This document shows positions 47,077 to 57,868 of a stretch of DNA of 64,000 nucleotides, in pieces; positions within the stretch are counted from its first letter, which is position 1; every line of letters begins with the position of its first letter. Where the stretch lies: IMG/VR virus record IMGVR_UViG_3300023179_000031, positions 1 to 64,000 of that record; one strand, written 5' to 3'. Origin of the DNA: a virus. Under the pieces are notes generated by a model. The model ran no database searches, had not been told where the DNA came from, and was given only the letters and a program-made list of their open reading frames with translations. The position numbers and the translations under genes were made by a program.

Positions 47077-49305
47077 ATGCGTGTTACGAAGAGAAATGGA
47101 AATTCAGAGCATTACAATGTAGAAAAGATACATAAGGTTGTTGAGTGGGCTATTAAGGACATTAATAATGTATCATTGTCTAATATAGAGATGAATGCTA
47201 ACCTATCTCTTCACGATGGAATCACAACTAAAGAAATACATCAGATCTTAATCAAGTCAGCCAATGACTTAACTTCTACGTCTCATCCTAACTATCAATA
47301 TGTTGCGTCGAGACTGTTGAATATGTCTCTTAGAAAAGATTTGTGGGATAGATATGATAGTCCACCATCTTTAACTAAGCACATTAAAACAAATATAGAT
47401 AAGGGTGTATATGACCCATCTATGTTTGAAAAGTGGTCTAAGGAAGATATCAAAGAAATAGAATCGGCCATTGATCATGACAGAGATTATCTATTCACAT
47501 ATGCTGGACTACAGCAAATGATAGATAAGTATCTTGTGCGTAACAGAGCAACTGGGGAAATCTATGAAACTCCACAGTTTGCATACATGGCAATAGCTAT
47601 GGCTCTTTTTAATGTTGTTGATGAAGTAAAGGATGCATACGAATGCTTCTCTACTTTTAAAATCAATCTTCCAACACCAATCATGGCTGGAGTGAGAACT
47701 AAAATCAAACAATTCGCTAGCTGCGTACTTGTAGATGTTAACGATGATTTATCTTCTATTTTCTCTAGCGTACATGCCGTTGGCAAATATACTGCCCGTC
47801 GTGCCGGTATAGGTCTAAACATAGGTAGAATCAGACCTATTAATTCTAGCATTCGCGGTGGTGAAGTTATCCACACCGGCCTTATTCCATACCTTAAGAT
47901 TTTTGAATCAACCGTAAAGGCCACAAGTCAGAATGGCATACGCGGCGGCTCTGCTACTGTGCATGTGCCATTTTGGCACTATGAGATTGAAGACATTGTT
48001 TGTCTCAAGAATAATGCTGGAACTGACGATAATCGTGTTAGAAAGCTAGATTATTCTGTTCAGTTCTCCAAACTGTTTTACGAAAGACTCATAAAAAACG
48101 AAGATATTACTTTGTTCAGCCCAAACGAGGCAGAAGGTCTGTACGAAGCTTTTGGCAACAACGAAGAATTCAATGCTCTGTATGAAAAATACGAGAAGTC
48201 TCGCAACATCAAATTTAAAAAGAAGATTAGTGCTAGAAAGCTAGCAGAGATATTTACAAAAGAAAGACTAGAAACTGGCAGAATTTATGTTATGAACATA
48301 GACAATGCCAACGAGCATGGGTCTTGGAATATTCCAGTTTATATGTCTAATCTGTGCCAAGAGATTATTCATCCAACCAAGCCTATTTCATCAATAGATG
48401 ATAAAGAAGCCGAAATTGGTATTTGTATTTTGTCGGCACTAAATCTAACCGAACTAGATAATGATGATGATATTTCTAATGCTTGTAGAATAGCAGTTAG
48501 AACATTAGAATCAGTCATTGATTATCAAGACTATCCTGTAGCTGCTGGTGAAAATTTCACAAAAAACCGCAGATCTCTTGGTATTGGTATCACAAACCTT
48601 GCAGGATTTTTAGCAAAGAATAAGCTAAAATACAACGATCCAGAAACTCTAAAGCTCGTTCATGCTACTATGGAAAAAATACAGTGGCATTTGCTAAATG
48701 AGTCATGCAGGCTATCCGCTGAACGTGGACCATGCACAAAGTTTAATGAGACAAAATATGCAGATGGGCTGCTTCCTGTAGATTGGTATAAAAAGACGGT
48801 TGACGAACTGGTTAGTCCAGAGTATACTATGGATTGGGAGAGCTTGAGAGCTAGAATTAAAGAGTACGGACTAAGACACTCTACTCTAACAGCTATCATG
48901 CCCTGTGAGTCATCTAGCGTCATCCAGAACAGCACTAATGGAATTGAGCCTGTCAGAAGCCTACTTTCTTACAAGAAGGCTAAAAACGGCATCCTGAAGC
49001 AATTAGTGCCAAACTATGCATCAAGAAAGAATTATTACACACTAGCTTGGGATATGCAAGACAACAAGGCTATTCTCAATATTTGTGCAATTTTACAGAA
49101 ATTTGTAGACATGAGTATTAGCGTGAATCTTTACTATAATTATGCACATTTTCCAGAAGGAAATATTCCATTAAGTGTGTTGATTAAAGACCAAATTTAT
49201 GGGTATAGATATGGTGTAAAGAACTTCTATTACTGCAATACGCCAGACGGAGATGGTAACACAGAAAAGTCTTCTGGTTGTGAATCTGGCTCATGCTCAA
49301 TATAA
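47077..49305 (+). CDS. nrdA: Ribonucleotide reductase class Ia, alpha subunit
   Basis: ATP cone VTKRNG; QFASCVL; SNLCQEI; C-terminal CESGSC. Confidence 0.96.
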   Translation: MRVTKRNGNSEHYNVEKIHKVVEWAIKDINNVSLSNIEMNANLSLHDGITTKEIHQILIKSANDLTSTSHPNYQYVASRLLNMSLRKDLWDRYDSPPSLTKHIKTNIDKGVYDPSMFEKWSKEDIKEIESAIDHDRDYLFTYAGLQQMIDKYLVRNRATGEIYETPQFAYMAIAMALFNVVDEVKDAYECFSTFKINLPTPIMAGVRTKIKQFASCVLVDVNDDLSSIFSSVHAVGKYTARRAGIGLNIGRIRPINSSIRGGEVIHTGLIPYLKIFESTVKATSQNGIRGGSATVHVPFWHYEIEDIVCLKNNAGTDDNRVRKLDYSVQFSKLFYERLIKNEDITLFSPNEAEGLYEAFGNNEEFNALYEKYEKSRNIKFKKKISARKLAEIFTKERLETGRIYVMNIDNANEHGSWNIPVYMSNLCQEIIHPTKPISSIDDKEAEIGICILSALNLTELDNDDDISNACRIAVRTLESVIDYQDYPVAAGENFTKNRRSLGIGITNLAGFLAKNKLKYNDPETLKLVHATMEKIQWHLLNESCRLSAERGPCTKFNETKYADGLLPVDWYKKTVDELVSPEYTMDWESLRARIKEYGLRHSTLTAIMPCESSSVIQNSTNGIEPVRSLLSYKKAKNGILKQLVPNYASRKNYYTLAWDMQDNKAILNICAILQKFVDMSISVNLYYNYAHFPEGNIPLSVLIKDQIYGYRYGVKNFYYCNTPDGDGNTEKSSGCESGSCSI

Positions 49306-49314
49306 AGGTGTATT

Positions 49315-49722
49315 ATGAAACCCGATCTTTTTTCTAAAGTAAAGTCTAAAATCGAATGTCCTCCAGCAACTCAGGATATTGAACTAAATCTAGAGAATAG
49401 ACAAAAATGTATTGATATTGCTCACTACGGGCCAGCTAATCCAGCGTTAGATAATGATGAGTATTGGCAGCGTAAAGCTGATCAATTTAAAACATCTATT
49501 GAAGAAGCAAAGACCATGAGATGCAGTAATTGTGCAGCATTTGTGGTAAAACAAAAAATGCTAGATTGCATTTCTGTTGGTATCGATCCAGATGAAGAAG
49601 GAGAGGCTTTAGAGATTATCGACCTAGCCAACCTTGGATATTGTGAATTATTTGATTTTAAGTGTGCGGGCGACAGAACTTGTGACGCATGGATTGTAAA
49701 TGGGCCACTCAAGGATAAATAA
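49315..49722 (+). CDS. Cys-motif protein between nrdA and nrdB
   Basis: CSNCAAF...GYCELFDFKCAGDRTCDAW. Confidence 0.7.
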   Translation: MKPDLFSKVKSKIECPPATQDIELNLENRQKCIDIAHYGPANPALDNDEYWQRKADQFKTSIEEAKTMRCSNCAAFVVKQKMLDCISVGIDPDEEGEALEIIDLANLGYCELFDFKCAGDRTCDAWIVNGPLKDK

Positions 49723-49902
49723 TGTCAAGAGATTATCATAAAATTTGTCAGTCAATTCAAGCATCGAGCGATAAAATATACGCTGGTGAACACCACATTC
49801 TTAGCGAATTACAATCTATTAGGAGTGAATTAAAGATTATATCAAAAAAACTAGATAAAGTATTAGACATGGTAATAAGAATTATTAAGGAGTCAAACTA
49901 GC

Positions 49903-50979
49903 ATGAAAACTATATTAAACAAAGCAAACGTAGATTACATGTCTCAACCTTTATTTTTGGGCGAAGATCTATCTCTACAACGATATGACAAATTTAAGTA
50001 TCCGGTATTTTTTGATCTATACAAGAAGCAGATTGAGTTTTTCTGGCGACCAGAAGAAATAGAACTTAAAAAAGACAGAAATGACTTCAAGAATAGCGAT
50101 ATAATGTCTGAGAATGAACGTTTCATTTTTACATCAAATTTGAAGTATCAGACAATGATGGATAGCGTGATTTGCAGGGGCGTTCCAACCCTTGTGGAAT
50201 ACGTATCTAATCCAGAGCTAGAAGCCTGCATGAATGTGTGGCAATTTTTTGAGCAAATTCATAGTTATAGTTACACATATATCATTAAAAATGTGTACAG
50301 TAATCCAAGCGAAATTTTAGACAGTTGCCTCACAGATAAGGAAATTTTGAAGAGAGCAAACGTCGCAATTAAAGAATATAATGCTTTACGAGAAATTGGA
50401 AATGGAACAACAAAAGACATAAAAAAGCAGATATATCTAACGCTAATTAGTGTAAATATATTAGAAGCGGTGCGTTTTTACGTATCGTTTATATGCGCCT
50501 TCGCTTTTGCGGAGAACAAAAAGATGATTGGTAACGCAGACATAATTAAGCTCATTAAGCGTGACGAAGCGTTACATCTATATAACACTCAAGAAATCAT
50601 CAAAATCTTACGCACCGTTCCAGAAGAGGGATTTATTAAGATTGCAGAAGAGTGCGAAGAAGACGCTGTTAAAATGTTTGAGTCTGCCGCAGCAGAAGAA
50701 AAGGCTTGGGCAGAGTATCTATTTAAAGATGGGTCAATTATTGGCCTCAATGAAAGAGTTATGGCAGAATACATAGATTGGCTATGTATGACCAGAAGAA
50801 AAAATATCGGCTTGCCATATGATAAAGGTTGTAAAAATCCTATTGCTGGTTGGACAGACCCTTGGATGAATAGCGAAGCTGTTCAAGTAGCACCACAAGA
50901 ACATGAAATTACTTCATATAAAATTGGTGCAAGCAAGAATGATCTTGAAGAAATTGATTTAGGAGGATTTGACCTATGA
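49903..50979 (+). CDS. nrdB: Ribonucleotide reductase class Ia, beta subunit
   Basis: FFWRPEE, EQIHSYSY, LEAVRFYVSF, RDEALH and VAPQE. Confidence 0.96.
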   Translation: MKTILNKANVDYMSQPLFLGEDLSLQRYDKFKYPVFFDLYKKQIEFFWRPEEIELKKDRNDFKNSDIMSENERFIFTSNLKYQTMMDSVICRGVPTLVEYVSNPELEACMNVWQFFEQIHSYSYTYIIKNVYSNPSEILDSCLTDKEILKRANVAIKEYNALREIGNGTTKDIKKQIYLTLISVNILEAVRFYVSFICAFAFAENKKMIGNADIIKLIKRDEALHLYNTQEIIKILRTVPEEGFIKIAEECEEDAVKMFESAAAEEKAWAEYLFKDGSIIGLNERVMAEYIDWLCMTRRKNIGLPYDKGCKNPIAGWTDPWMNSEAVQVAPQEHEITSYKIGASKNDLEEIDLGGFDL

Positions 50980-51401
50980 ATAATATTAACGTAAAACTTC
51001 TTGAAGAATTTGCAAAAATTCCAACTAGAGCCAATCAAAATGATGCTGGATGGGATCTCTATTCTACTATAGATACCATAATACCACCAAAACAACGCAA
51101 AACTGTCAAAACGGGGATAGCACTAGAGATGCCAGAACATATGGCTGGATTAATTTGGCCGCGTTCTGGACTATCTGTGAAACAAGGGATAGACGTACTA
51201 GCTGGGGTTGTAGACTCTGGTTATAGAGGAGAAATCATGGTTTGTTTATACAATACCTCTGATGATAATGTATCAATAAATCGTGGGGATAGAATCGCTC
51301 AGATTATATTCCAAGAGGTGCCTCGCGTCATGATGCTTCATCAAGAAGGGCTGGGTTCCTCGCAACGAGGAGACAATGGCTTTGGCAGCAGCGGCAAATA
51401 A
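50976..51401 (+). CDS. dut: Trimeric dUTPase
   Basis: AGWDL, PRSG, GVVDSGYRGEI, RIAQ and RGDNGFGSSG. Confidence 0.96.
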   Translation: MNNINVKLLEEFAKIPTRANQNDAGWDLYSTIDTIIPPKQRKTVKTGIALEMPEHMAGLIWPRSGLSVKQGIDVLAGVVDSGYRGEIMVCLYNTSDDNVSINRGDRIAQIIFQEVPRVMMLHQEGLGSSQRGDNGFGSSGK

Positions 51402-52074
51402 CAATAACGGCAGACACAATAAAAAATCTAAAAAAGAAAAGCAGACTCCTAAACAAAATGTACTAGAAGCTAAAACTGAAAACCAAAGAAATTACATCAG
51501 ATCTATTATAGAAAATGATGTGACTTTCTGTACTGGACCATCTGGTACTGGAAAATCTTTTATAGCTGCTGGCATTGCAGCTTCTCGCTTGCTAAAGGAT
51601 GAAGTTGAAACAATTATAGTCACTAGACCACTAGTGTGTACTGGAAAAGACATAGGATCTTTACCCGGAGAATTGAATGATAAAATTAAACCATATTTAG
51701 CACCAATGGAAGAAAATTTAAAATACTTCCTAGGACGCGACAAGTTTGGTTTATATTTTAATACTAGAAGAATTAGATTTGAACCACTTGAAACAATGCG
51801 TGGTGCTACATTTCATAATGCTTATATGATCCTTGACGAAGCTCAAAATTGCACTATGGAACAGATTAAAATGTTTATAACAAGAATGGGAGATCATTCT
51901 AAAGTTATTATAAATGGTGATACAAAACAGACAGATTTATATAGAGATAGCGGACTATATTATTGCCTAGAAAAGCTTGATAAAGTTCAGGGTGTTGGTA
52001 TATGCTCTTTAGGCTATAATGATATACAGAGAAATGGTATTCTTGGAAGGATTTTAAACGCTTTAGAATCGTAG
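51376..52074 (+). CDS. phoH: PhoH-family ATPase
   Basis: GPSGTGKS, MRGATF, ILDEAQN and GDTKQTD. Confidence 0.93.
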   Translation: MALAAAANNNNGRHNKKSKKEKQTPKQNVLEAKTENQRNYIRSIIENDVTFCTGPSGTGKSFIAAGIAASRLLKDEVETIIVTRPLVCTGKDIGSLPGELNDKIKPYLAPMEENLKYFLGRDKFGLYFNTRRIRFEPLETMRGATFHNAYMILDEAQNCTMEQIKMFITRMGDHSKVIINGDTKQTDLYRDSGLYYCLEKLDKVQGVGICSLGYNDIQRNGILGRILNALES

Positions 52075-52081
52075 GAATTTT

Positions 52082-52441
52082 ATGTTGTATGATTATATTT
52101 GTGCAGAATGTCATAATGAAATGATCGATGTTCATCAATCAATCAAGGATGATGCTCTAGTAACTTGTCCACAGTGTGGTCAAGATGCCCTACAGAGAGT
52201 AGTATATGGTGGACTCGGAGCTTTCGTGAAAGACGTTAAGACCATTGGACAGCTAGCGGACAATAACTGGAAAAAGCTAGGACATTATAAAAGGTCTGAA
52301 GAAGAAGCAAAAGCCAAGCAGAAAGAGCAGGAGCAACAAGGTTCTTCTGTCCTTTCTGCTTTTGGCTCTGCTTCAAAAAAAGAAATTAATAAAATGACTC
52401 CAGAACAAAAGAAGAAATATATTATCACAGGTGACAAATGA
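52082..52441 (+). CDS. FmdB-like Zn-ribbon protein
   Basis: YDYICAEC...CPQCG. Confidence 0.75.
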   Translation: MLYDYICAECHNEMIDVHQSIKDDALVTCPQCGQDALQRVVYGGLGAFVKDVKTIGQLADNNWKKLGHYKRSEEEAKAKQKEQEQQGSSVLSAFGSASKKEINKMTPEQKKKYIITGDK

Positions 52442-52779
52442 AATTTGTAGAATCATTCTCAAAAGATGACTTTGTTTTAAAAACACAAGAAGATCTCTTT
52501 AACAAGCTAGGTGAAACACCGGCTGGAGAAAAAGACAAAGTATTTGCAAAATATACAAAAGCAGAACTTGGCAACGGTGCTTTTCAGAAGAAGTATTATG
52601 TACTAACATATAATAATGCTCCTTATGATCCAACAGGTATTGATAGCCACAGAGAATCTACTTTAAATATGAAACTTAAGAGCGTATCTCAAACAACGTT
52701 TGATAATTACGTTCTATATCTTAAGACTAGAAATCCTATCTATATGACAAAAGCACAAAGGAGTTTTATTAATGGTTAA
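52438..52779 (+). CDS. Hypothetical protein
   Basis: Coupled ORF. Confidence 0.65.
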   Translation: MKFVESFSKDDFVLKTQEDLFNKLGETPAGEKDKVFAKYTKAELGNGAFQKKYYVLTYNNAPYDPTGIDSHRESTLNMKLKSVSQTTFDNYVLYLKTRNPIYMTKAQRSFING

Positions 52780-53077
52780 AAAAGGACCAATAGGAAAGGT
52801 GGAAGGCTTTTATATAGAGCAGAACTACAAAAATATGGACATTGCAGAAATAGCAACAGATTTGAATCGACCAATTACGTCTGTTGAAAACTATATCAAG
52901 AAACATATTGTAAAAGCTACGCAAACTGTAGCAACATCATCTGGATTAAAAGCCGGTGATCAGTTCATAAGACAAGATGGCATTACAATTATGTCAGAAA
53001 ATGCATCTACTCTAGGCGATGCTAAAAAAGCTAAGTCAACAAGAAGCAATCCTTGCATAACAAAGATTAAACCATGA
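52772..53077 (+). CDS. Putative HTH protein
   Basis: IAEIATDLNRPITSVENYI. Confidence 0.6.
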   Translation: MVKKGPIGKVEGFYIEQNYKNMDIAEIATDLNRPITSVENYIKKHIVKATQTVATSSGLKAGDQFIRQDGITIMSENASTLGDAKKAKSTRSNPCITKIKP

Positions 53078-53520
53078 GCTATATATTTGGAATTGATAAT
53101 TGGCGTAAGCACTACGCCGCTTGCGATGATACAAAGAAAATTTGGATAGTTGTTGAAACTTCTGATAACGTTTCAGCATATTTAGAAAAGTATGATCAGT
53201 GGCTAACATTCAAGGATTATTGTTCCCAAAATAATCTAAAGATAAATAGCGTTGGGTTGCAATATCGATCTAACGTTGTTACAACTGATACAAAGAATGC
53301 CGATGCCGTTTACGTTATACGATCTGTAAAAGGGCAAATGGGCGGCACAAGCCGCGATTGCTATACAATTGGCGTAATAAACGGCGATAAAGCTAAAAAG
53401 ACGATGTGGTTGACTCCAGAACTAATTGAAGACAGTTCTTATGAAGATGATCTAAACAGTTGCTTTGAGGAAGCGTTGATTTACAATGACAGAACAGCAA
53501 AACAGACCAGAACTATTTAA
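53074..53520 (+). CDS. Hypothetical protein
   Basis: Coupled ORF. Confidence 0.65.
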   Translation: MSYIFGIDNWRKHYAACDDTKKIWIVVETSDNVSAYLEKYDQWLTFKDYCSQNNLKINSVGLQYRSNVVTTDTKNADAVYVIRSVKGQMGGTSRDCYTIGVINGDKAKKTMWLTPELIEDSSYEDDLNSCFEEALIYNDRTAKQTRTI

Positions 53521-54007
53521 TCAAGATTACCAGAAGCAATGGTCTGAAACACACAAGTACAAGCATATCCATACTGGAGAATACTGTACTTTTGAAGCTT
53601 ATGTTGCAGAATACATTGTTATTCGCAGATCAGAAAAGCTAAACCTTGGTAAACCATCATATAAATTTTGGACCAAGGGTGATCCACTCCATTGGCTTTG
53701 GAAAAAGCAGTTTGGTGCGGCAGTGCAGCTTAAAAAGAAATACAGCGAAGAAGCGATATTAGCTGCTATAAAGTCAAAAGAATTTGATAATCTGCTAGTG
53801 CTAGGTGTCCAGAATGGCAGAGGCTACAAAATTAATCCGCTTGCGGAAAAGGTTGTTGCCCTGTATCATAGAAAAATAGAGGATGCCAAGACCAACAAGC
53901 CAGAAGTCAACTATGATGTTGAGGCTCCAAAAGAAGAAGTGCAAGTCAGAAAAACACAGTCATATTCAAAGAAGAAGACAACTATTAATCAATTGAGGAA
54001 TCTATGA
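53486..54007 (+). CDS. Hypothetical protein
   Basis: Coupled ORF upstream of the recombinase. Confidence 0.65.
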   Translation: MTEQQNRPELFNQDYQKQWSETHKYKHIHTGEYCTFEAYVAEYIVIRRSEKLNLGKPSYKFWTKGDPLHWLWKKQFGAAVQLKKKYSEEAILAAIKSKEFDNLLVLGVQNGRGYKINPLAEKVVALYHRKIEDAKTNKPEVNYDVEAPKEEVQVRKTQSYSKKKTTINQLRNL

Positions 54008-55107
54008 GCAAAGTCAAGAAAGCAAGTAAGTTTACAGAAGACTTGGTAAGTAATAACATTGTTAGCAAGTATGGCGACGTTGTTAGGAGCGGCACAGAAG
54101 TATTAGAGAACATCAATAATCTTAATGTGATTGGCGTATCTCCAGCACTTGATATTGCACTTGGTGGCGGTCTACGCGAAGGCTCAGTTGTAGTAATGAC
54201 CGGAGATCCAAAGAGCGGAAAGACAACTACCGCATTGCATTTTGCAGCTAAGTGTCAACAGAAAAACAAGAGAGTAATTTATGTAAATACTGAGGGTAGA
54301 CTGTCTAAGCAGAACTTTCTAGGTATAAAAGGTCTTAATCCAGATAACATTCTTATTGTAGAGTCTACAGATGAAAGAGTTTTGTCGGCAGAAGACTTTC
54401 TTAACATTATAGAGAATTATATCAATAATGATCCCGGATGTTTAATAATTGCAGACTCTTTATCTAACATGGTTCCAGCCGTTGAGCTAGAGGGCGAAGT
54501 TAGAACTGGTGTAAGAAATGCCTTGCCACGACTACTATCCATGTTCTTCAAGAGAATCAGTGGTACTCTTATGAAGAATAAGACTATTCTAGTATGCATT
54601 ACGCACAATATTGCAAACACTGGCGGCTCTCCATATGCTCCGCAGAAGATGGCAGACTGTGGAAACATGTTGCAATATCAAGCTGGAACCAACATGGTAA
54701 TTACTCATAGAGGCAAGTGGCAAGTTCCAAAGGATACTGGTCCTCATGTTGGTCAAATTGCTAACTGGTCTATTAAGACTTCTTGTGCTGGTGGTAGACC
54801 AAACAGCACAGCAGAAAGCTGGATTAAATATGGTATTGGCATTGATGAGGTTCAAGAGATTATTCATATCGCATGTGAGTTTCGATTGATTAAGGCTGCT
54901 GGAGCTTGGTATACAATACAATGCGCAGTAGATGATTTAAATAATCCCATGATAAATGAGATTCTTGAAGAAAATAAGATTGCTAGAACTCCAGAAGATA
55001 TTGAAAGGTTCTTCAAGTTTCAGGGTGTAAATGCTGTGGCTGACTTCTTAAATAATAATCAAAAGATGGCAGCTTTTGTTTACGAAAAGATTAAGGAGCT
55101 ACATTGA
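54004..55107 (+). CDS. RecA/UvsX-like recombinase
   Basis: LDIALGGG, GDPKSGKTT, YVNTE, IIADSL and AGAWY. Confidence 0.9.
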   Translation: MSKVKKASKFTEDLVSNNIVSKYGDVVRSGTEVLENINNLNVIGVSPALDIALGGGLREGSVVVMTGDPKSGKTTTALHFAAKCQQKNKRVIYVNTEGRLSKQNFLGIKGLNPDNILIVESTDERVLSAEDFLNIIENYINNDPGCLIIADSLSNMVPAVELEGEVRTGVRNALPRLLSMFFKRISGTLMKNKTILVCITHNIANTGGSPYAPQKMADCGNMLQYQAGTNMVITHRGKWQVPKDTGPHVGQIANWSIKTSCAGGRPNSTAESWIKYGIGIDEVQEIIHIACEFRLIKAAGAWYTIQCAVDDLNNPMINEILEENKIARTPEDIERFFKFQGVNAVADFLNNNQKMAAFVYEKIKELH

Positions 55108-55526
55108 AAGTCAAAGGGATCAATGGTAAAGAATATATTTGGAATCTAACCAAATATGATATCTTTTATGATGATACCCGTAAGAGATCAAAGTATCATT
55201 TACGTGCAAGAAATTTGTTAAAGGAAATATTTCATAGTTATAGAATACTTGAAGAAGTAAAGCTACCGGGAAGCACAGCATTAAACAGAAAATCTGTACT
55301 CTACCTTGACTTCTACATTCCATCGCTTAAGATGGCTTTTGAGGTACATGGAGAACAGCACTATGAATACTGCCCATTCTTCCATAAGAACAAAGCAGAT
55401 TTTTTAAAGGCAAAAGCCAGAGATGAAGATAAAATAGAGTGGTGTAACCTCAACGATATAAAAATTGTAGTCCTAAATTTTAAAGAAAGCGACGATGAGT
55501 GGCGAAAACACATTAAAGGCGGCTGA
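55104..55526 (+). CDS. Vsr/DUF559-like PD-(D/E)XK endonuclease
   Basis: LDFYIP...AFEVHGEQHY...RD..K..WC. Confidence 0.75.
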   Translation: MKVKGINGKEYIWNLTKYDIFYDDTRKRSKYHLRARNLLKEIFHSYRILEEVKLPGSTALNRKSVLYLDFYIPSLKMAFEVHGEQHYEYCPFFHKNKADFLKAKARDEDKIEWCNLNDIKIVVLNFKESDDEWRKHIKGG

Positions 55527-55971
55527 TAAATTATCTGAGCATATCAGTTTAATTTCATCATATATTGAGATTAGTAATACTAAATTCTCATCATTTCGTG
55601 AGGAATATTTACTTGCTGCAAACCTGTCTTCTGAGCAGCTTAAGAAGCTAACACAGCAAGAAGCTTTTGATACAGCTTACTTATTATATGCTTATGCTAC
55701 ATATATACAGGATGAGATAAATAAGAATAAAATAGCACTAAACTGGTGCAATGACCAGCTAGAAAAGCTAGTGGTTGCTCACAATGATGAGTTTAGTCAA
55801 TACACTAAGCATGAAGTTAAGCGGCAGATTATAATAAGAGACAACAACTATGCTGCATCTGTTGATAAGATGCGTGAAGTTGCTGAAGGTAGACTTCAGG
55901 CATTAGATGGTAAAGTTTATGAACTGAAACGCAAAGCTGACATTCTATTAGAAAAAGCTAAGAGGTTATGA
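55495..55971 (+). CDS. Coiled-coil protein, possibly a UvsY-like mediator
   Basis: Helical composition; position between the recombinase and the helicase. Confidence 0.45.
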   Translation: MSGENTLKAADKLSEHISLISSYIEISNTKFSSFREEYLLAANLSSEQLKKLTQQEAFDTAYLLYAYATYIQDEINKNKIALNWCNDQLEKLVVAHNDEFSQYTKHEVKRQIIIRDNNYAASVDKMREVAEGRLQALDGKVYELKRKADILLEKAKRL

Positions 55972-56387
55972 TGGATTTGAACAATTTTTTCAACTCGTTA
56001 ACAGACGAGCAAAAACTACAATTAGCGAACGCTTTAATGAATTCCACTTCTAAACAGCCAAGCGAGAAGAAAGAAGAAGACTTTGTAGTTAAAACAACTC
56101 AGCCACCCAAAAAGACTGCCTCTGTTGGGGAGGATTTTATTGTTAAGAAGGCAGAACAACACCCAGCTAGGAGAAAAGAATCCGTGAAAGCTAGACATAA
56201 CCAGTGGGAAGACACTGGGGAATTTAAAGATGTGCATACTCCAGAATACGAAAGGACTCCACGACGCAGAGAGGCTCCACGCAAAGAGGATGTAGAGTGC
56301 CATGTTTGTGGAAAATCATTCAAGATAGATCCACGTTTTAGTTATGGTGAATACTATCGATGCAACAGGTGTACAGGCAAGAAATAA
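55968..56387 (+). CDS. Hypothetical protein with C-terminal Zn-ribbon
   Basis: CHVCG...CNRC. Confidence 0.65.
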   Translation: MMDLNNFFNSLTDEQKLQLANALMNSTSKQPSEKKEEDFVVKTTQPPKKTASVGEDFIVKKAEQHPARRKESVKARHNQWEDTGEFKDVHTPEYERTPRRREAPRKEDVECHVCGKSFKIDPRFSYGEYYRCNRCTGKK

Positions 56388-56389
56388 TT

Positions 56390-57868
56390 ATGGAAGAAAA
56401 ACTAGTTGATATAGGTGCCGAAAGAGCGGTACTAGCTGGACTATTACAGCATGGAATTGATGGATATGTCACGGTGGCTGATCTTATTAGCCCCGAAACA
56501 TTTGGCAATTCCAATAATCAGATTCTATTTAAGTGTGTAGAAAAGATTATTAGCAATGATCAGACTGTTGATATTGCATCTATATTATCTTCAGCGAGTC
56601 AATTAGGATTTTCTGATATAATCAATACTAACCAAGAGCTTAAGTACATTAAGTCTCTTTTTGATTTTCCTGTAAATAAAGAGAATATTCTTAGTTTTGC
56701 AGTTCAAATTAAAAAGTTTGAGTTTGCTAGGAAGATCAAGAAACTTACATCTAAAATCCATAAGGATATTGATGGTGTAACTGGAACAGAAACCATTAAT
56801 GAAATCATACAAATTCTAGAGAATCCCGTAACAGATTTTCTTAGAGAAGATGATGGTGGCGATGTTCCCCAAAAAATAGGTAACGGAGTTAGTGATTATG
56901 TACAATTCTTGGGAGAAAACAAGTGCGATATTATTGGTATTCCAACGGGATTTGCAAAATACGATCAAGCCATTGGTGGCGGTCTTAGACGCAAATGCGT
57001 TGACCTTATTTCTGCACGACCAAAAGTTGGTAAATCTGTATTCGCTGATAACGTTGCATTAAATGTATCATCTCTAAACATTCCAGTTCTGGTATTAGAT
57101 ACTGAAATGTCCAAGGAAGATCATCTCAATAGACTTATTGCTAATATTAGCGGTGTGCCAATTAATGAAATAGCTACTGGCAAGTTTGTTGACGATGAAG
57201 AAAAGCATGAGAAAGTATTAGACGCTGTTAAGAAGCTAGAATCTATTCCATATAGCTATATCAGTGTTGCTGGTAAACCATTTGAGCAAATCTTAAATCT
57301 CATTAAGAGATGGATAGTGCAAGAAGTTAAGAGTGATTACACTGGTAAGACAAATGATTGCTTAGTGATATACGATTACTTGAAGCTTATGTCATCTAGT
57401 TCTATCACAAATAATATTCAGGAATATCAAGCTCTTGGTTTTCAGATTACATCATTGCATAATCTTTGCGTTAAGCTAGATATTCCATGTTTGTCATTTG
57501 TGCAATTGAACAGGGATGGTATAACTAAGGAAAGCACAGACGCTGTATCGGGTTCAGATAGATTAATTTGGCTATGTACATCATTCTCAATCTTCAAGGC
57601 TAAATCTCCAGAAGAGCTAGCAGAAGATGGACCAAATGCTGGAAACAGGAAGCTTGTTCCGATTGTTTCAAGACATGGTGGCGGACTAGACGATGGTGAT
57701 TATATCAACATGTTGATGCAAGGATCTCATGCGAAATTGACAGAGCTTAGAACAAGAAATGAATTTAAGAATCAGCCAGTAGGAGATACTGGCTTGGTAA
57801 ATAATGAGTCACTAATTAAAATTAAGATTGCAGATGGACTTACAGCAAATCAAGAAGAAGCTGAATGA
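56390..57868 (+). CDS. dnaB: Replicative DNA helicase
   Basis: AERAVL, GIPTGF, ARPKVGKS, DTEM, IYDYL and VQLNR. Confidence 0.92.
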   Translation: MEEKLVDIGAERAVLAGLLQHGIDGYVTVADLISPETFGNSNNQILFKCVEKIISNDQTVDIASILSSASQLGFSDIINTNQELKYIKSLFDFPVNKENILSFAVQIKKFEFARKIKKLTSKIHKDIDGVTGTETINEIIQILENPVTDFLREDDGGDVPQKIGNGVSDYVQFLGENKCDIIGIPTGFAKYDQAIGGGLRRKCVDLISARPKVGKSVFADNVALNVSSLNIPVLVLDTEMSKEDHLNRLIANISGVPINEIATGKFVDDEEKHEKVLDAVKKLESIPYSYISVAGKPFEQILNLIKRWIVQEVKSDYTGKTNDCLVIYDYLKLMSSSSITNNIQEYQALGFQITSLHNLCVKLDIPCLSFVQLNRDGITKESTDAVSGSDRLIWLCTSFSIFKAKSPEELAEDGPNAGNRKLVPIVSRHGGGLDDGDYINMLMQGSHAKLTELRTRNEFKNQPVGDTGLVNNESLIKIKIADGLTANQEEAE

